Of a DNA stretch of 64,000 nucleotides, positions 9,399-18,905 are shown piece by piece. Position numbers and translations under genes: made by a program. Source of the DNA: Candidatus Freyarchaeum deiterrae. GTDB lineage: Archaea; Asgardarchaeota; Jordiarchaeia; Jordiarchaeales; Jordiarchaeaceae. Every line of letters starts with the position of its first letter. Within the stretch, counting starts at the first letter, position 1. The notes beneath the pieces are model-generated. The model worked only from the letters and a program-made list of their open reading frames with translations. It did not search any database and had not been told where the DNA came from. The stretch is from NCBI GenBank assembly GCA_037305845.1, contig CP147778.1, forward strand, positions 2,752,001-2,816,000, in the 5' to 3' direction.

Positions 9399-10133
9399 TT
9401 GAAACAGGTGTACGCGATTTTTATGTGCCCTAAATGTGGCAGGTATACTTTCTCGCCAGCAGGGCAGAAAACAAGGCTGTGCGGCAACTGCGGTAGTATA
9501 ATAAAAGTTGACCCAATGAACTCCCAGATTGTTAACGATTCAAAAGAAGCTTCGATGCTGGTACGAAAGTACAACGCTGGAAAAGACTCTAAAAGCTTCC
9601 TCCAAGCCGTGGAAGCATCACGAAAAGAAGTGGAAAAACTCCTCCCAAAAGAATCAGTAAAAATCGATGAGCTAACCGAAGAAGAAGAAACAATTTCCAG
9701 CTCAAGAATCCAGAGACTCACTCTCCTCCTAAGAGAAAACTGCATCAAGGAACCAGTAAGCTTCGACCAAATTGAAGAACTATGCCAAAAATACAAGTTA
9801 GACTTCGAATGGGTAAAAGAAAGACTAACCCAGCTCGGAAAAGAAGGAAACATAATATTCCCAACACCCTGGACAGTGAAGTACATCGGCACCGCAGACT
9901 CGGGATACACAGCCATATCCAAAACCACCAGACCCCAAATGCAGATAAAAGGAGCCAGCAAAGCCCTCACAAAAATACTAACCCAATCAAAAGAACCACT
10001 AGCCGAAAAAGAAATAATGCAAAAAATGGAAATCGCAGGATACAACCCCGAAGAAACCCAAGAAACCCTAAAAAAACTCCACAAGTCCGGCGAAATAATA
10101 GAACCCCGACCAGGATACTACCACACAGTATAA
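9399..10133 (+). CDS. DUF1922-like Zn ribbon + two winged-helix domains
   Basis: CPKCG..CGNCG, followed by two wH-terminal motifs (LGKEGNIIFPTPW and LHKSGEIIEPRPGYY). Confidence 0.65.
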   Translation: MKQVYAIFMCPKCGRYTFSPAGQKTRLCGNCGSIIKVDPMNSQIVNDSKEASMLVRKYNAGKDSKSFLQAVEASRKEVEKLLPKESVKIDELTEEEETISSSRIQRLTLLLRENCIKEPVSFDQIEELCQKYKLDFEWVKERLTQLGKEGNIIFPTPWTVKYIGTADSGYTAISKTTRPQMQIKGASKALTKILTQSKEPLAEKEIMQKMEIAGYNPEETQETLKKLHKSGEIIEPRPGYYHTV

Positions 10134-10242
10134 ACCAAAAACCAGATCATGTTTATGCTAAGATTTGAAAAGAGCAAAATGAAAACAGATCTATAATTAA
10201 ATGCAAACTCCGGCAAATAAAAAAAGGAAGGGAAAGGAGAGT

Positions 10243-10881
10243 TTATGCTTCCGTGCCGTAGAAAACAATTGCCCACAGTAGAAAAGCGGTAAACACCAGC
10301 CCCGAACCAATGATGATAGTGAGTCCTAAAATGTAAAGAATGAATGCGCTACCTCCAATTATGCCCAGAATCCCTCCAGCCTTCGCCGCTCCTGGTTTTG
10401 TCGTGAAGTCACCCATGACAATGCTAGCAGAACCCATTATAATGAAGCTGACACCGAGTATAATAAAGGCTATCCAATTTATGATAAGAGAATTTGAAGC
10501 ATAATTTTGTAAGAAGCCGATACTGGGGTTTGTAAACAAGCCTATGATTATTAGTATTGCAGCAGACACTCCTCCTATTATACCGAATACGAGGCCTACG
10601 ACACCCATCGCTTTTTGGCTAACCGTATACTCACCGTAAAAACCTACACCGGTCAAAATACTGGAAACAGCTAGAAGCGCCACGAAAAGAATAGTAAAGA
10701 CAATTATAATCATAGAAACTCCTGTATAAAAAGGCAGAGCGATCATAATACTGCCTACTATTATAGGAATGAGTTGATAGCTCTGAAAGGCAATAAGGAT
10801 AAACCATATGATTCCTATGCCTGCCGCTATGGTGCCTATTATTCCTCCTGCGGTTCCTGTCAATAATGCTCCTCTACCCAT
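10243..10881 (-). CDS. Multi-pass membrane protein (paralogue of 12137..12769)
   Basis: About 6 Gly-rich TM helices. Confidence 0.75.
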   Translation of the reverse strand: MGRGALLTGTAGGIIGTIAAGIGIIWFILIAFQSYQLIPIIVGSIMIALPFYTGVSMIIIVFTILFVALLAVSSILTGVGFYGEYTVSQKAMGVVGLVFGIIGGVSAAILIIIGLFTNPSIGFLQNYASNSLIINWIAFIILGVSFIIMGSASIVMGDFTTKPGAAKAGGILGIIGGSAFILYILGLTIIIGSGLVFTAFLLWAIVFYGTEA

Positions 10882-11153
10882 TCTAAAACCTCCTGTAGAA
10901 CTTTTCAGTAGATTTTATTCTAACCTTTATCCCTGCAATCATATATAAGTATGCTTTTGAGCAATCACATAACATATAATTGGTTAGTGGTCTATTCACC
11001 TACCGCTTCTTCGCTCCCAACTCCGAACTCCCCAAGTTGTTTATTGTTTTGATTATGTCAATTTCGAAAAAATTAGGTGGCGAACTTTTTTGCATCAAAA
11101 ATTTTGCTTCTTTTCCGAAGGAGTTCTAATCAAGTTTGAAATTAAGAAAAATG

Positions 11154-11876
11154 TTATTCTAGTATTTTGGGTTTCCTTCTCATTGGTTTAAAGTAGTTTC
11201 CAACCCTTTCAACTAATCTGACATGGGTAATGAGCGTTGACTCCTTTGCTCTGCTAGAGAACCATAGGTGGGGAGGGTTATCGGTGATAGTAATTCTCAC
11301 GAAATCGTCGCCCAGCTTGTTCATCATTTTCATGAATTCACCGTCTTGGAATAATCCCTCAACTCTATCCGGTTCAGAAGCCTTCACTATGTATTTTTTA
11401 TTCATTTTTGAGGTTTCGACTTTCTTTAAATCTTTAAGAACCATTTCATCTTCCTTTGTAATCTTCTTACTGGCAGAATTAATGATTTCAAGTTGAAGCT
11501 TAGGCCTAGATATGAAGCTAGCTTTTGTGAGGAGCATATCATAATTAGGTCTGAACCGCGAGATTATGTGGTGGATGAGGTTCTCTCTATTTATCAGGTA
11601 GAGTTCTATTTTCCAGTCCCTAAGCTGAACATCACTCTTGGTGGTTAGAAGATTTATTACAAAACCGCTGGTTCTGAAAATTTGCATTTTGCTTTTTTCA
11701 TACTTTTTACCGAGCTCTGTTTTCAGAATAGCTCCAAACCTATTTATTAGCATCTTGTTGTATCTCCGCCCCCAAACAAATACTCCCACCAAAACTCCAA
11801 AGATACCTATTATGACAAATAATGCAATCGTACTGTAGAAATCTATAGCACTGGCGATATCAGACACGAAAGCCAC
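11154..11876 (-). CDS. Single-TM protein resembling CCDC47/DUF1682 (PAT complex subunit)
   Basis: TM followed by WGRRYNKML, IELYLINRENLIHHIISRFRPNYD and FVRITITD, colinear with CCDC47 motifs as recalled. Confidence 0.6.
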   Translation of the reverse strand: MAFVSDIASAIDFYSTIALFVIIGIFGVLVGVFVWGRRYNKMLINRFGAILKTELGKKYEKSKMQIFRTSGFVINLLTTKSDVQLRDWKIELYLINRENLIHHIISRFRPNYDMLLTKASFISRPKLQLEIINSASKKITKEDEMVLKDLKKVETSKMNKKYIVKASEPDRVEGLFQDGEFMKMMNKLGDDFVRITITDNPPHLWFSSRAKESTLITHVRLVERVGNYFKPMRRKPKILE

Positions 11877-12136
11877 CTCTCAAACATCATAAATCAAACC
11901 CCTTTAAAACTTTTACTAAAAACAAAACCAATTTGCCTGAGTTAACCAATAAACGATTAGGCGGCGGCGTAATTATTAATGAGCTTAGAAACTCTATACA
12001 TTCTGGGAAGTTACAAGCATTTTTCCTGCTGCGATTCTATCATAGACTAGCCAAAAGAAACAAAATCGTTTAATTCCTTCCCAAATATAAATAAATAACA
12101 AAAGGTTTAATAGAACAAATGTAAAAAATTGTTGGA

Positions 12137-12769
12137 GTGATATTTATGAAACCAATTCTAAACGTTATAGGCGTAGTCGGCGGAGCTACAGGAATCGCTG
12201 CTACCGTTGTAGGAATCTTCTGGTTGCAACTATACAACACTTTCAAACCCCTGATAGTAATACCATATGACCCTGGATACGCTCTATTCCCATTTGTTAC
12301 GTTAATCTTTGTAGCTGTTGCATCAGCAACTCTGGTTCTACTGGGAGTTAGCTACATGAACTTAAAGCATTATGCAGGAATCGCTGGCGCGCTATTAGGA
12401 ATTCTAGGAGGATTTACAAACGTAGGCGTATGGCTGTCAAACATGAATCAAATTTCAAGTACGAGCACAATTCAATTCCCGACGCTAATATATGTAGATA
12501 GTCAACCAATAGTATTACTTATAAGCACTTTACAGAACACAACGATCTACCTCATATTGCCCATAACCCTAGCTATACTCGCCGTTTTGGGCGTAATCCT
12601 AGTGATAAAAAATAAAGCAACTATACCGGAATTTGCAATAGTGGGAGGAGTGCTACTTCCAATAGCAGCAGTTTTAACATTCTTATGGAATTACGGGCTT
12701 CTTATCCTAATCGGAGGCTTCCCCATAGTAGCATACAGCCTCTATCAAATAGAACCATTAGTAAAATAG
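12137..12769 (+). CDS. Multi-pass membrane protein
   Basis: About 6 TM helices. The N-terminus GVVGGATGIAATVVGIFW is similar to the 10243..10881 product. Confidence 0.75.
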   Translation: MIFMKPILNVIGVVGGATGIAATVVGIFWLQLYNTFKPLIVIPYDPGYALFPFVTLIFVAVASATLVLLGVSYMNLKHYAGIAGALLGILGGFTNVGVWLSNMNQISSTSTIQFPTLIYVDSQPIVLLISTLQNTTIYLILPITLAILAVLGVILVIKNKATIPEFAIVGGVLLPIAAVLTFLWNYGLLILIGGFPIVAYSLYQIEPLVK

Positions 12770-12972
12770 AAAAAGTAGCAAGCTAAGGAAAACATACCAT
12801 CCATACGCGTGATAAGACGCTGAGAAATTCGCAGATCAACTCTCGGTTAAATGATAATAGTAAAGCCTCTTGAAAATTATAATACGTATAAAATAGCGCC
12901 TTAATAATTAGGTTATACTCAAAATCTCCTTCTTTTATTGTTTTTAAAAACTTGAAATTGTAAACGATGTAA

Positions 12973-13863
12973 TTAATCTTTATATTTGCCGGTTAGCCAG
13001 TTTACCTTCTTTTTACAAACTGGGCATGTGTCCAATCCTGGATCGACATTAACTGTACTTCCGCAGGCTGGGCACACCATTTCAACTTTTTCTCCTATGA
13101 TGAATCCCGCTGGGTTTTTCTTGAATTCTTCTTCCTTTTTTCTTTTTTTAGCATCGTCCCTATCCTTCATCATTTGAGACATCTTTCCCGTAAGTGATGT
13201 GTCTTGTTTCGTTTTGCCCGCTTCTACTTCCTCTTTGGCTACGGCTTTGGAAGTGGTTTTAGTGGAGGTGGCTTTGGATTGGGAGCCTGGTTCTGGTGGA
13301 TTTAGTACGCTCCATATTTTTTTGGATAGTGATTTTTGCTTAACTTTTCCTGTTGTGGTTGTCTCTTCTCCTTGCATTATGATATCGTAGGCGGGGATGT
13401 TTTCATCTTCATCTGCTTGGGCTCTTTCAGCTACCGTTAGAGGTATAGGCTTTAGTTCCATTTGTTTATAGTTTTTGATTAGCCTTATCAGTCTGCTCAT
13501 GTCTTCGGTTTCCATACCCTTAATAGCAATGTGATCCGATTTGAATGACGACCATTTACTCTCCTTTGGGTATTTTATTTCTAGGTGTTTTTCCATTAGT
13601 CCTCCAATTGATACATCCTCTATATTTTCGAAGAAGACGCTGAATCCTCCGAATATATCCTCCTCTGGAGAGGTGCTCATTATCTTAGCTAAGGTTCCCT
13701 TGTCTCCATAAAATATGACGCGCATGTTCGTCAAATACAAGTCGCCTTTATTGGTTTGGAGGTTGAACTCATCGGATTCTCCGACACTTATACCGTGTAC
13801 GACATGTAACAGTTTTTCACCTTTGAGCAGAAATGGGGGAGTTTTTCCATGAATTTTTATCAT
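12973..13863 (-). CDS. PH-like (GRAM/GLUE/bPH) domain protein with C-terminal double Zn ribbon
   Basis: LLKGEKLL..GDLYLTNMRVIFYG PH/GRAM signature, low-complexity linker, then CPACG..CPVC. Confidence 0.7.
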   Translation of the reverse strand: MIKIHGKTPPFLLKGEKLLHVVHGISVGESDEFNLQTNKGDLYLTNMRVIFYGDKGTLAKIMSTSPEEDIFGGFSVFFENIEDVSIGGLMEKHLEIKYPKESKWSSFKSDHIAIKGMETEDMSRLIRLIKNYKQMELKPIPLTVAERAQADEDENIPAYDIIMQGEETTTTGKVKQKSLSKKIWSVLNPPEPGSQSKATSTKTTSKAVAKEEVEAGKTKQDTSLTGKMSQMMKDRDDAKKRKKEEEFKKNPAGFIIGEKVEMVCPACGSTVNVDPGLDTCPVCKKKVNWLTGKYKD

Positions 13864-13944
13864 TTCTCTTTCCCTTCATCCATTATTTAAATAGAAGATT
13901 TTATCCACAATAATTATGAACCTTCCTACATATAAAAATACAGT

Positions 13945-14796
13945 TTACGGCACGGTCAATTCGACTTTGACCCAATCGCTGGTTCTTCCCTGCTCCCCTT
14001 TAAGCACTCTAAGACTTGGAGGGTTATCACGTGTCTCAATAACTAGGGAAAAGGCGTCCATGATAAAGTCTCGAGTTTTATTATCAAGTATCTCTGATTC
14101 AAACATAGCTATTTGCAGCAGACTACGAAGGTTTAATTTATCCATACTTTCTTCTAATTCTAGGACTTTTTTTGGAAGCAAAGCTTCTTCCTTAAAATAC
14201 TTCAGAATCGAGTCTCTAATAATTAGAAGTCCCTCGCGTCCCTCATTCTGCGAGTTTTCTACCATGCCTCTCAGCATATTTACTAGCTGATACTCCTCAC
14301 TAACTTTTTCATAAAAATTGGCAATATCATCAACTACGCATGAGGCCCCCCCGATGTTCTTAATCATTTTTCCAATGGTATTCAGCCGCGCGCCCTTACC
14401 AGTATAATAGACTGATTTAATATTCCTCTTATTAGCTGTAAAAATTACGTTAATGGCTAGATAAGTCATGGTTCTCGGCTCACCAATGACCGCAACATGG
14501 TCTGGGCACTGAAACCCACCACACAAAAGCAAATCTAAATCGGTTACACCACTCGAAATCCTGTTAGGAATTGATCTTGCAACATCTGCGAGCTTATCAC
14601 AGGCTGTAATTACTAGGTCTTCGGTTATCGGCTCACACCATAATCCTTTACAAATAGGTACAGAATAATCCAAGGCGCATCTAGTCAGCCTACCCTCTTC
14701 CGAAATCAAGTAGCGGCAAGGCTTATCATAGGAGAATCCCAAGCAACTGACCAGTATTTCCGCGATGGACTTTAGCAACAATAACTTTCTCCTCAA
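13945..14796 (-). CDS. Cys-cluster domain + degenerate RAD55/KaiC-like ATPase domain
   Basis: RISSGVTDLDLLLCGG...VAVIGEPRT lacks the Walker A GKT. The N-terminus is Cys-rich. The start is uncertain. Confidence 0.55.
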   Translation of the reverse strand: MRRKLLLLKSIAEILVSCLGFSYDKPCRYLISEEGRLTRCALDYSVPICKGLWCEPITEDLVITACDKLADVARSIPNRISSGVTDLDLLLCGGFQCPDHVAVIGEPRTMTYLAINVIFTANKRNIKSVYYTGKGARLNTIGKMIKNIGGASCVVDDIANFYEKVSEEYQLVNMLRGMVENSQNEGREGLLIIRDSILKYFKEEALLPKKVLELEESMDKLNLRSLLQIAMFESEILDNKTRDFIMDAFSLVIETRDNPPSLRVLKGEQGRTSDWVKVELTVP

Positions 14797-15309
14797 TATT
14801 CAATATTATTTTGACTGTGAAAAGCTTTTTCACTTTGAGACACAGAGCTTGTGTACGTTTTTTGGTAATGCGCTCAATATATATTCATCCTTGCTCCTTT
14901 CTCTCTTGTATTAATAACCCCCACCGTTTTTATTATTTGTAACGGCTTAGGTGATTTCTCCATTCCTGACATTGGAATTATTCCTATTTTAATTGTCATA
15001 AGGAAATGTTTTTCCCTTTAAAAATTTATCTCACCACTTTTTCGTTTGACATTTTATTTCTAATAATATTATTTATTGAAAACTTTACAAAAGATATATC
15101 TTCTAAATATTTTTTGGGAATTTATAGCAAAATGCAACATAAATTATACATTCACCATAAATACCAAATTTTGAAAAATCGCTTTAAATAGCAAAGATGA
15201 TTACACACCGCTAAAAGGTATTTATAAATCTGTAAACAGGATGGCTTTTTTCCATACAAAGATGCAGCTTTTTTTTTAACCTTTTTCTTATTCATATTCG
15301 TGTAAAGTT

Positions 15310-15421
15310 AAGCCGCCCCAAATAGAACAGCATGTACATACACGGCATCCTTGAGTGCTAAGAGGCCGGTTTATTACTAGTGATTGTAACGGAAATCTTA
15401 GTATGTGGGCGGGGGTGGTTT
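15310..15421 (+). ncRNA. Candidate structured RNA / palindromic element (~112 nt)
   Basis: Nested stems: AAGCCGCCCC/GGGGTGGTTT, ACATAC/GTATGT, GTGCTAAGA/TCTTAGTAT and CCG/CGG. G-U wobbles favour the + strand. Confidence 0.35.
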
Positions 15422-15429
15422 CTCCATTT

Positions 15430-15918
15430 CTATTCTGGTGCGGGAAAGCCTAGTTCTGCCATGTGATCGAATCCGGTTTTGAAGTTCATCATTAGCTTTC
15501 TTACTTCTTCTTCGATTTCACCAGCCTTCATAATTGGATCGAAGGATTCGCTGTGTTCTCTTATTTCAATTAAGCAATCTGATACTGCATCGATTTCTCT
15601 TCTTATCATTTCTCTGACTTCATCGCAGAGGCGCATCATTCCATCCACGATGACTGCAGTTTCCTCCTGTTTTATGGTGCCTTTCAAATCTTCTAATCTC
15701 AGTGAAAGTTTGTCACACTTGTGCATTCTTTCAGCCAAAAACTCGCTCCTAAAATTCTCACACCATTGCATAAATTCTTTCACACTCATCTTATGGGCTT
15801 CGTATGGTGAAAGGTAAGCGGTTTGAGGACCGAACTCATTGATCTCGTAATCCTTCAATTCTTGAAAAGCTTTAACAACGAACGTCCACATATCCATAGT
15901 TACAGACACAAAATTCAC
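15430..15918 (-). CDS. Hypothetical alpha-helical protein, last gene of the CoA-transferase-like operon
   Basis: 162-aa ORF 27 bp downstream of the beta subunit, with RBS. Confidence 0.7.
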   Translation of the reverse strand: MNFVSVTMDMWTFVVKAFQELKDYEINEFGPQTAYLSPYEAHKMSVKEFMQWCENFRSEFLAERMHKCDKLSLRLEDLKGTIKQEETAVIVDGMMRLCDEVREMIRREIDAVSDCLIEIREHSESFDPIMKAGEIEEEVRKLMMNFKTGFDHMAELGFPAPE

Positions 15919-15944
15919 TCCTAACCCCTTTTAACTAAATTAAA

Positions 15945-16802
15945 CTATCTTGAAGTTTCAATTTCAATTATTTTATCAAAAAGCTCATCCCTTTTTTCTG
16001 CGGGCAAAAACTCTAAAAGCCTAATACCAAGTGGATCGATTTCCTCCCTTATCACTCTTATTTGTTCTTTTGTCGGAGGTTCTGTTATAGGCACATCCTT
16101 TGGGATAATTAGTTCAAAGCCTGTTTTTTCTCGGATTTCTTCCCTAGTTACCCCAGGGTGCAAAGAAACAACTTTCATACGCTTGGTTTTCTCGTCAAAA
16201 CCCAGCACAGCGAGATCTGTGATTATGTGGTAGGGTCCTTTGCCCGGAAATCCCATTTGCTCTCTAGTGGTTTTTCCGTCGAGGAATCCGACCCCGCTGA
16301 CGAAATCAATCTTGGGCACAAAGCATCTCCTATCATGGCGGGGGACATACAGTAGAATTTTCTTGTACGTGATCGAAACCTCAGGTATCCCGGCGTGTCC
16401 TGGAAGGCGAACCTTTGGGGAGTGCCATTCACCTATGCAGGTATTGTTGAAGTTTCCGTACATGTCTATTTGGGCGGGTCTGAAGTACTCTACGTTTACT
16501 CTTCCAGATGGTAAATGTTCCGCGGTGACCTCGCCGCTGTGCTGAAAACGTATAGCCCAAGTATTAACATATTTCTCAAAGTATAGCAGCGAAACGGGAC
16601 GTGTTTCGAGAACATATGTGTTACCCATGTGAAACATTGGTGTACTGTTTGGAGCGTGAGTTTTTTTAGCCAATAGGTAAGCGTTAGTCACAAGAGGGGT
16701 AGCTATACCCTGAGCCAGAACATCGTAGTCCTTAATCTCTCTCGCCATACAAACAACAACCATCTCATCCGCCGTAAAGTCCTCAGAATACATTTTCACC
16801 AC
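15945..16802 (-). CDS. Family I CoA-transferase beta subunit-like (GctB/AibB/IpdB family)
   Basis: AREIKD..QGIATP, AQIDMYGNFN, RLPGHAG, IITDLAVLGFD and SLHPGVT..TGFEL motifs. Confidence 0.85.
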   Translation of the reverse strand: MVKMYSEDFTADEMVVVCMAREIKDYDVLAQGIATPLVTNAYLLAKKTHAPNSTPMFHMGNTYVLETRPVSLLYFEKYVNTWAIRFQHSGEVTAEHLPSGRVNVEYFRPAQIDMYGNFNNTCIGEWHSPKVRLPGHAGIPEVSITYKKILLYVPRHDRRCFVPKIDFVSGVGFLDGKTTREQMGFPGKGPYHIITDLAVLGFDEKTKRMKVVSLHPGVTREEIREKTGFELIIPKDVPITEPPTKEQIRVIREEIDPLGIRLLEFLPAEKRDELFDKIIEIETSR

Positions 16803-16804
16803 TC

Positions 16805-17671
16805 CTAAAGAAGAATGTTGGAAAGTGTTGAGGCTCCAACCTGGTCTAGATACTCTTCATGGGTTTTTGTTTGATAAACGTATTCTTTAAGATATTGGGG
16901 AAAACCGTTATCACTATTTGCAACTTCTAAATATTTCCTGATGTGTTTAATATCATAAGTGTAAAGGGGAAAACACGAGGTTGGGTGGGCTCCAAAAGGA
17001 GCACGAACCACAGCATCCACCATAAAGTGAGGGATGTTCGCTCTGCTCGGGGTTCGTATGATTTCCTCTGTTTCTACTATTTTCTCGGCGGAAACAATCA
17101 CTTTTCTGCTGGCTTTGGCCAAGTCCTCATCCAACCAAACTGCGCCATCTATGTGAGCATTTCCCATCCTGTCCGCCATAGATACGTGGATGATTGAAAC
17201 ATCGGGCTTGATGGGTGGAAGGGCGACAAGCTTCTCACCGGAAAGCGGGCAGGTATACTCCTTGAGGTCTTTTCTCACCTTCATGACATCGGTGCATCTA
17301 ATTCCCCTGGTTGGCAAATGGGGAACCTGAAGCAGGGTCGCCTTTAAACCCAAAACGATGGTAATCTCTGTTTCCTCAATTATCTCAAGGTCTCCATTTG
17401 AGGCAGCCTTACGATAATTAGGAGCTAACCCAAACATTTCAAAACCCACGTAACAGCTCCTAATCCGTGATGCGCAATGTGAACCTATTAGAATGTCTGA
17501 AGGCATTCCCGCTATGAAACTCAAAATTCCTAAATCCTTAGTTCCTTGTCGTATAATCTCTCGAGTCAGAGCCATTGGACGCCGATAAAGGCTCATACCT
17601 CCAATGCCGAGAAGATCGCCGCTTTTAATTAAACTAACTGCTTCACTTAGCGATACCAGTTTATCGGCCAA
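16805..17671 (-). CDS. Family I CoA-transferase alpha subunit-like (GctA family)
   Basis: SLSEAV..GD.LGIGG, PDVSIIHVSMADRMGN and GAHPTSC motifs. Confidence 0.87.
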   Translation of the reverse strand: MADKLVSLSEAVSLIKSGDLLGIGGMSLYRRPMALTREIIRQGTKDLGILSFIAGMPSDILIGSHCASRIRSCYVGFEMFGLAPNYRKAASNGDLEIIEETEITIVLGLKATLLQVPHLPTRGIRCTDVMKVRKDLKEYTCPLSGEKLVALPPIKPDVSIIHVSMADRMGNAHIDGAVWLDEDLAKASRKVIVSAEKIVETEEIIRTPSRANIPHFMVDAVVRAPFGAHPTSCFPLYTYDIKHIRKYLEVANSDNGFPQYLKEYVYQTKTHEEYLDQVGASTLSNILL

Positions 17672-17804
17672 TTCTTATCCTCCTAAACAGAATACAAATA
17701 TGGTTAACAACATCAGAATCCAAATCTTAAAAATTTTTTCAACACGAAACAACGCCTTGTAATTCGTCTCAGAACTTCCCATTATCCTAATTTCTTTATC
17801 TTTA

Positions 17805-18179
17805 TTAGATCCCTGCTTTCAAATCTTCTATTATTCCGACTACCTTTTTTACTCTCTTAAGAGTTTTTTCGATTTCTGACTCTTGGACTCCCGAAGCTAC
17901 GAGAACCAATGAGCGCAAGGGTACTGCTACAATATAACCCCCTTTTCCATGCAATATAAAGTCCTCCACCCCACCCTCCTTAATGCAGCTGGAAATACAC
18001 TTGCAGTTTTCTAGTAGTACAATTGCGTTCTCATTGATTTCCTCCCCTTCTTTTCTCAACTTGCTTACAATTACATCACCGGATTCATTGAGGAGAAAGG
18101 CGTCAAAATTAGAGGATTTAAAATTTTTACGCACCACTTCTTCCAATATATGAATTTTGTTAACATCCAAACAAAGCAA
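17805..18179 (-). CDS. Roadblock/LC7 (MglB-like) domain protein
   Basis: 124 aa with AFLLNESGDVIVS and FILHGKGGYIVAVP..LVLVAS, the roadblock/profilin-like alpha-beta pattern. Confidence 0.65.
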   Translation of the reverse strand: MLCLDVNKIHILEEVVRKNFKSSNFDAFLLNESGDVIVSKLRKEGEEINENAIVLLENCKCISSCIKEGGVEDFILHGKGGYIVAVPLRSLVLVASGVQESEIEKTLKRVKKVVGIIEDLKAGI

Positions 18180-18366
18180 CTCCTAAAAGAATATAAAATA
18201 ACCGCTAATAAATTCTCCAATAAAAATTATTAATCATTTTCGGTTTTCTCTGCGAATAAGGCATCACTAATAATCCTAGGTTCATTGGAAACAGTGGAAA
18301 CATTGGAAATGATGCATACAGAGGTCCTTATATTATAAAAAAATATGGTCATCACAGGTAGCCAAA

Positions 18367-18768
18367 ATGAGCACATCAGCGGAAGAACCGTTTAACCAAA
18401 CTGCAGTTTCAACAGAAACCGAACAGCCGTTAATAAAACCCCATGAGATTATACTCCAAACCATAAAAGAAAACGGCTTATATCGCGTAGAATACTCCTT
18501 CAACGGCAGGCTATCCGAACCAATAAACGTTGGAAAAATCCTCAACACATTTGAGAAGGACTTCAAACTCATAAAAGAGGGCATTAGGGGAGAACCCGAA
18601 CAAGGCGGGATCAGCTTCTCAATCCTCATATACGATCGCGAAACAATGCAGAAGCTTTACCTATTTCTAATTTCTCAAAAAGCAAGAGTAAAAGTAGAAC
18701 GTTTAAATCTCAACGAGAGACAATTCGAAAAAATACAACAAAAAATACTTCGTGAAATATCTAACTAG
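18367..18768 (+). CDS. Hypothetical protein
   Basis: 133-aa ORF with coding-like codon usage. Confidence 0.6.
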   Translation: MSTSAEEPFNQTAVSTETEQPLIKPHEIILQTIKENGLYRVEYSFNGRLSEPINVGKILNTFEKDFKLIKEGIRGEPEQGGISFSILIYDRETMQKLYLFLISQKARVKVERLNLNERQFEKIQQKILREISN

Positions 18769-18905
18769 AACAAAGGTTCCTCCTTTTAAAATATAAAGAA
18801 TTCCTCTTTTTCAAAAATTTTTTGTAGTAAACTTAAATCAGAGGAAGCAATATAGGTGTGGGAAGTTAAGAAAATACTAAATCCCAAATCAAGGAGGGTA
18901 AACCC

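Noticed and set aside
9338-10168. ORF-track entries 9338..10084(-) and 9782..10168(+), and similar antisense or alternate-frame ORFs throughout
   Set aside because: They are shadows of well-supported genes, caused by strong A-rich codon bias.
15304-15319. AAGTTAAGCCGC resembles a 5S rRNA segment
   Set aside because: The flanks do not fit 5S rRNA sequence or helices.
15335-15361. CIRCE-like GAGTGCTAA
   Set aside because: Only the right half-site is present, and no chaperone gene is adjacent.
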